A DNA stretch of 37,844 nucleotides from a virus (taxonomy: Duplodnaviria; Caudoviricetes). Where the stretch lies: positions 1-37,844 of the IMG/VR virus record IMGVR_UViG_3300049009_000076; one strand, 5' to 3'. Position numbers and translations under genes: made by a program. This document shows positions 35,005 to 37,844 of the stretch, one piece after another. Each line of letters starts with the position of its first letter. The first letter of the stretch is position 1. The notes below the pieces were generated by a model. The model searched no databases. It was given only the letters and a program-made list of their open reading frames with translations, and had not been told where the DNA came from.

Positions 35005-36528
35005 TTATGATCCCATCCATGATGCGTTGACCCCACCGCCTTGAGCGTTCACGCGGCGGGTTGGCTCAACATATTGCCGATGTGCTACAGGAAACGCAAA
35101 TGTAACAGCAATCGCGTCGGCTGCGTCGGGCGACGCCAACCCACGCGACTTCATGTCCTTCTTCGATTCCAAGAATATCGTGCCTCTTGAGTCAGGCTTC
35201 ATCATAGGCGAAATCAAGTCCGTTTTCAAGAACCTATCGTTCGGAATGCTCGCCGTCTTGAGCCAATCGCGCATGTCGCCCCACATCTGCGCGCGCATGT
35301 TGCCGTACATGACGGGGTTCTTCGCCTTATTTCCGAAGTTCACGCCCTTGATTTTGTACCGTTGTTCTTTCAACCTATCCACAATGCCCGCGCCCAAGCC
35401 ACCTTCGTCGATTATTGTGAGCGTCGGCTTGTACTCTTCAATCGCTTCGATCACATGCCCGACCACCGTCATGGTGTCGTCCCCTCGATGCCGCATGATC
35501 TTCACAATATCCCGCCCTTGCCGTACCGCGATAACCGTTGCATCCGCTCCAAACCGTGCCGGATCGACCCCGATCACTATCGGCGCACTCTGATCTTGGT
35601 ACTTGGTGCGCTTCATGGCGTCGTCCACGATGTCAGCCCCAATGAACTGATCATCCCCCGCGTTGGGGAACTGACCGTACACCTCGACGTGCGCCTGCGC
35701 CGAGTCTGGCCCATATTCCGCGATGATCCGCTCGTATACCTGCTTGTCGGTGCCTTCGACCGTGCGCGCGTCCACCACTTTCGTGCGCCAGAACTCTCTT
35801 TTGCTGTTAAACGCTTCGTAAAAGTACCCCGTGTTGCGGCGCGGGTTGGAAAAGGCCAGCCAGAAGCGATTTGGCGTGTTTTCTGTGAAAAAACCGCCCG
35901 TAACTGCCCAAATTGAGTCGTCAATACCTGATGCTTCGTCAAAAATCACCAAAACACCGTCGAAATTGTGCACACCAGCGTAAGCGTCGGGGTTTTCCGC
36001 TGACCATAAGCGTCCCTCCACGCCCCAGTAGCGTGTGCCCTTCTTCAAATCCCGCTCGACCAGCTCAGTCAGCCACTTGGCGGGCATCAATCTTGTTGCA
36101 CTGACCTCAAACCAGTGGCTGTTGATCGACATTGCCAGCCACTTGGTGATCTCGGCCCAGGTGATACTGCGGAGCTGGGACTCCGAGTTGGCCGAGATGA
36201 TGGTCGTCGAGCCAATCCTTGTCGCCAGCATCCAGATAGTTAGCCAACTAACCAACGCCGACTTACCAATACCACGGCCAGACGATATTGCTTCTTGCAG
36301 CACGTCAAAGTCCAATTTATTGCTATTAGCTTTGATATGCACAGCAATATCCAGCAGCACTTCGCGTTGCCATTTGCGCGGCCCTTGGAAGTGCTCCAGC
36401 GGCGTACCCTTGACGCCCCAAGGAAAAGTCAGCATCACAAACGCCAGCGGGTTATCCTTGATGGCTGGGCTCCATAGCCGCGCCATAAGTTCTTGCTCAT
36501 CCTCCGCTGAATATATGGTGCTTTGCAT
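35005..36528 (-). CDS. terL: terminase large subunit
   Basis: Walker A SGRGIGKS, Walker B IFDEAS, SNP, nuclease GVDPARFG.D, SPDAADA. Confidence 0.96.
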   Translation of the reverse strand: MQSTIYSAEDEQELMARLWSPAIKDNPLAFVMLTFPWGVKGTPLEHFQGPRKWQREVLLDIAVHIKANSNKLDFDVLQEAISSGRGIGKSALVSWLTIWMLATRIGSTTIISANSESQLRSITWAEITKWLAMSINSHWFEVSATRLMPAKWLTELVERDLKKGTRYWGVEGRLWSAENPDAYAGVHNFDGVLVIFDEASGIDDSIWAVTGGFFTENTPNRFWLAFSNPRRNTGYFYEAFNSKREFWRTKVVDARTVEGTDKQVYERIIAEYGPDSAQAHVEVYGQFPNAGDDQFIGADIVDDAMKRTKYQDQSAPIVIGVDPARFGADATVIAVRQGRDIVKIMRHRGDDTMTVVGHVIEAIEEYKPTLTIIDEGGLGAGIVDRLKEQRYKIKGVNFGNKAKNPVMYGNMRAQMWGDMRDWLKTASIPNDRFLKTDLISPMMKPDSRGTIFLESKKDMKSRGLASPDAADAIAVTFAFPVAHRQYVEPTRRVNAQGGGVNASWMGS

Positions 36529-36530
36529 GT

Positions 36531-37022
36531 TTATGGCCGATGTGGGTGGTACAAGACTTCAGCTTGTTGTCGTGCTGCAACCGCGTCATCTATGTCTTGA
36601 AACATTCCAAGATATGTGGGTTTTCCGTTTACTTCGATGTGCGCTTGCCAGCGTTGGTCGCGTTTGTGCCATGTTACACCCAAATATCCAGACGCGCTTT
36701 TGGTTTTGCGGGCGCGGTTTTGATGGTTTTGAGCGCATGAAACATCGCGCAAATTGGTTATTCTGTTGTCGGATGTAACGTGATTTATATGGTCTATTTG
36801 ACCTGTAGGCCAAACACCATGCACATACAGCCACACCAGCCTATGCACTTTATGCACTTCACCGTCTACGCTGCATTGTAAATACCCCCTAGTGCCTAGA
36901 GTACCTACAAGAGTTCCTGCGGGTTGATTTTTAATTTTCACGTTGCGCGTGAATTTCCCTGTGGTCGGGCTGTAGTCGAACAGCGTCTTCAGCCGTTCTT
37001 GCGTTAAACTTGAGTGAGTCAT
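36531..37022 (-). CDS. HNH homing endonuclease with AP2 domain
   Basis: HRLVW, IDHIN...DNRI.NLR....N; SGYLGV.W....W.A.I.....YLG.F.....A. Confidence 0.92.
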   Translation of the reverse strand: MTHSSLTQERLKTLFDYSPTTGKFTRNVKIKNQPAGTLVGTLGTRGYLQCSVDGEVHKVHRLVWLYVHGVWPTGQIDHINHVTSDNRITNLRDVSCAQNHQNRARKTKSASGYLGVTWHKRDQRWQAHIEVNGKPTYLGMFQDIDDAVAARQQAEVLYHPHRP

Positions 37023-37479
37023 CGCCGTCCTTTTCACGGTTGTTGATTAGAAGCCCTGCATCGTTTCCGCGTTGCGGGGCTTCGTCTATTGTACCCATAT
37101 TTATAACCCGTGACTCTGCTTGGCGCAGCGCGCCGATGATGCTGATGCGCTGATCGACATCGATGCTGATGGACTGCTTGGCCACCCAGCCGTGTGAGTG
37201 CTGGAGGATCGCCAGCGCCGCTTTGGCGTCGCCTTCATGCGCTGCCTTGTGCAGGCACTTGGACATCTCCAACTCGCCGTCGGCTTTGCCCTTTTGCGCG
37301 GCCATGTCCGCGATGGGGTCTAGCTCGCACAGTTGCCGGTATTCGGTCGGCAACATGCCGGACGCTAAGGCCAATGCGTCGCCCTTCAAGCCCAGCTTGG
37401 CGGCGTCGTAGATTTTGTTCAAGCGCGCTTCGGTTGCGACAACCTTGCGCGGCTCAAAAGGTAGGCTGTGAAACGTCAT
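36931..37479 (-). CDS. terS: terminase small subunit
   Basis: HTH-like N-terminus, A..GD.KA..AIL.H..GW, ISI..AL.QA..RV; first gene of late block. Confidence 0.8.
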   Translation of the reverse strand: MTFHSLPFEPRKVVATEARLNKIYDAAKLGLKGDALALASGMLPTEYRQLCELDPIADMAAQKGKADGELEMSKCLHKAAHEGDAKAALAILQHSHGWVAKQSISIDVDQRISIIGALRQAESRVINMGTIDEAPQRGNDAGLLINNREKDGDDSLKFNARTAEDAVRLQPDHREIHAQREN

Positions 37480-37485
37480 GTGCGA

Positions 37486-37514
37486 AGTGTAATGGATGTG
37501 GGTCATGTGGGCAA
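37486..37514 (-). promoter_or_regulatory. sigma70-type promoter for terS / late block
   Basis: TTGCCC-17 bp-TACACT, 6 nt before terS ATG. Confidence 0.7.
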
Positions 37515-37523
37515 TGTGGACAG
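37497..37523 (+). repeat. three tandem 9-bp repeats
   Basis: TGTGGGTCA TGTGGGCAA TGTGGACAG. Confidence 0.8.
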
Positions 37524-37620
37524 CGGTTTTGAACTTGTAGCCATTTTTAAAAAATAAAAAAAATTGTTCGTGAAACCTCCGTCACCGTTGGCCCATGCGC
37601 GCGGGCCCTACCCCCACCCC

Positions 37621-37800
37621 TAAGTTAGTGAGCACTTACTTACAGCAGCCAGGTTAGTGAGTACTCACTTACATCTGAAAGTTAGTGGCTACTAACTTAT
37701 AGATTTGACAAGTTAGTGCATACTAACTTGGCGAAGTGAGTGCTTACTAACTTGGTGATGTTAGTGGTCACTAACATGGTAAGTTAGTGGGCACTAACAT
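37621..37800. repeat. array of seven palindromic SlmA-binding-site-like elements
   Basis: GTTAGT/GTGAGT...ACTAAC/ACTCAC/ACTTAC units; exact GTGAGTACTCAC at 37657-37668. Confidence 0.9.
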
Positions 37801-37825
37801 GGCCATTTGGGTATGTAGTACTATA

Positions 37826-37844
37826 GTTTATGGACAATATGGAC
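37826..37844 (-). repeat. right terminal inverted repeat (19 bp)
   Basis: GTTTATGGACAATATGGAC is the reverse complement of 1-19. Confidence 0.95.

Noticed and set aside
36531-37110. Group I intron or intein around the HNH gene
   Set aside because: TerL is intact with its own start, and there is too little non-coding sequence for an intron core.
37621-37800. CRISPR or mini-CRISPR array
   Set aside because: Units are degenerate ~20-bp palindromes with 3-10 bp spacers, far too short for CRISPR spacers; no cas operon.
1-37844. Transposon or Mu-like element defined by the terminal inverted repeats
   Set aside because: No transposase or recombinase seen, and no flanking host DNA.
1-37844. tRNA genes or stop-codon reassignment
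   Set aside because: No cloverleaf seen in the short intergenic gaps; core genes are full length in the standard code.

Overview
This window looks like a complete or near-complete ~37.8 kb tailed phage genome with podovirus-type (P22-like) morphogenesis genes. The host is probably a Gram-negative proteobacterium (inference). Layout: (i) 208-3092 (+), a block of small putative early genes, three of them behind a conserved stem-loop plus leader; (ii) 3168-9628 (-), replication: primase-helicase, family A DNA polymerase, putative SSB, Cas4-like nuclease; (iii) 9698-12368 (+), VRR-NUC, SNF2-like helicase and small genes; (iv) 37479-12365 (-), one long late block: TerS, HNH-AP2, TerL, portal, ferritin-like protein, an adhesin-like insert, scaffold, coat, decoration proteins, adaptor and hub, a glycosyltransferase and a cupin-SET fusion, three ejection proteins, tail appendage proteins and lysis genes. 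I saw no integrase, CI-like repressor, tRNA or CRISPR array. The most striking non-coding signal is seven tandem palindromes at 37621-37800 that resemble binding sites of the nucleoid-occlusion factor SlmA, one being an exact GTGAGTACTCAC. The contig ends are 19-bp inverted repeats. All protein calls come from motif recognition and gene order by eye, not database searches.
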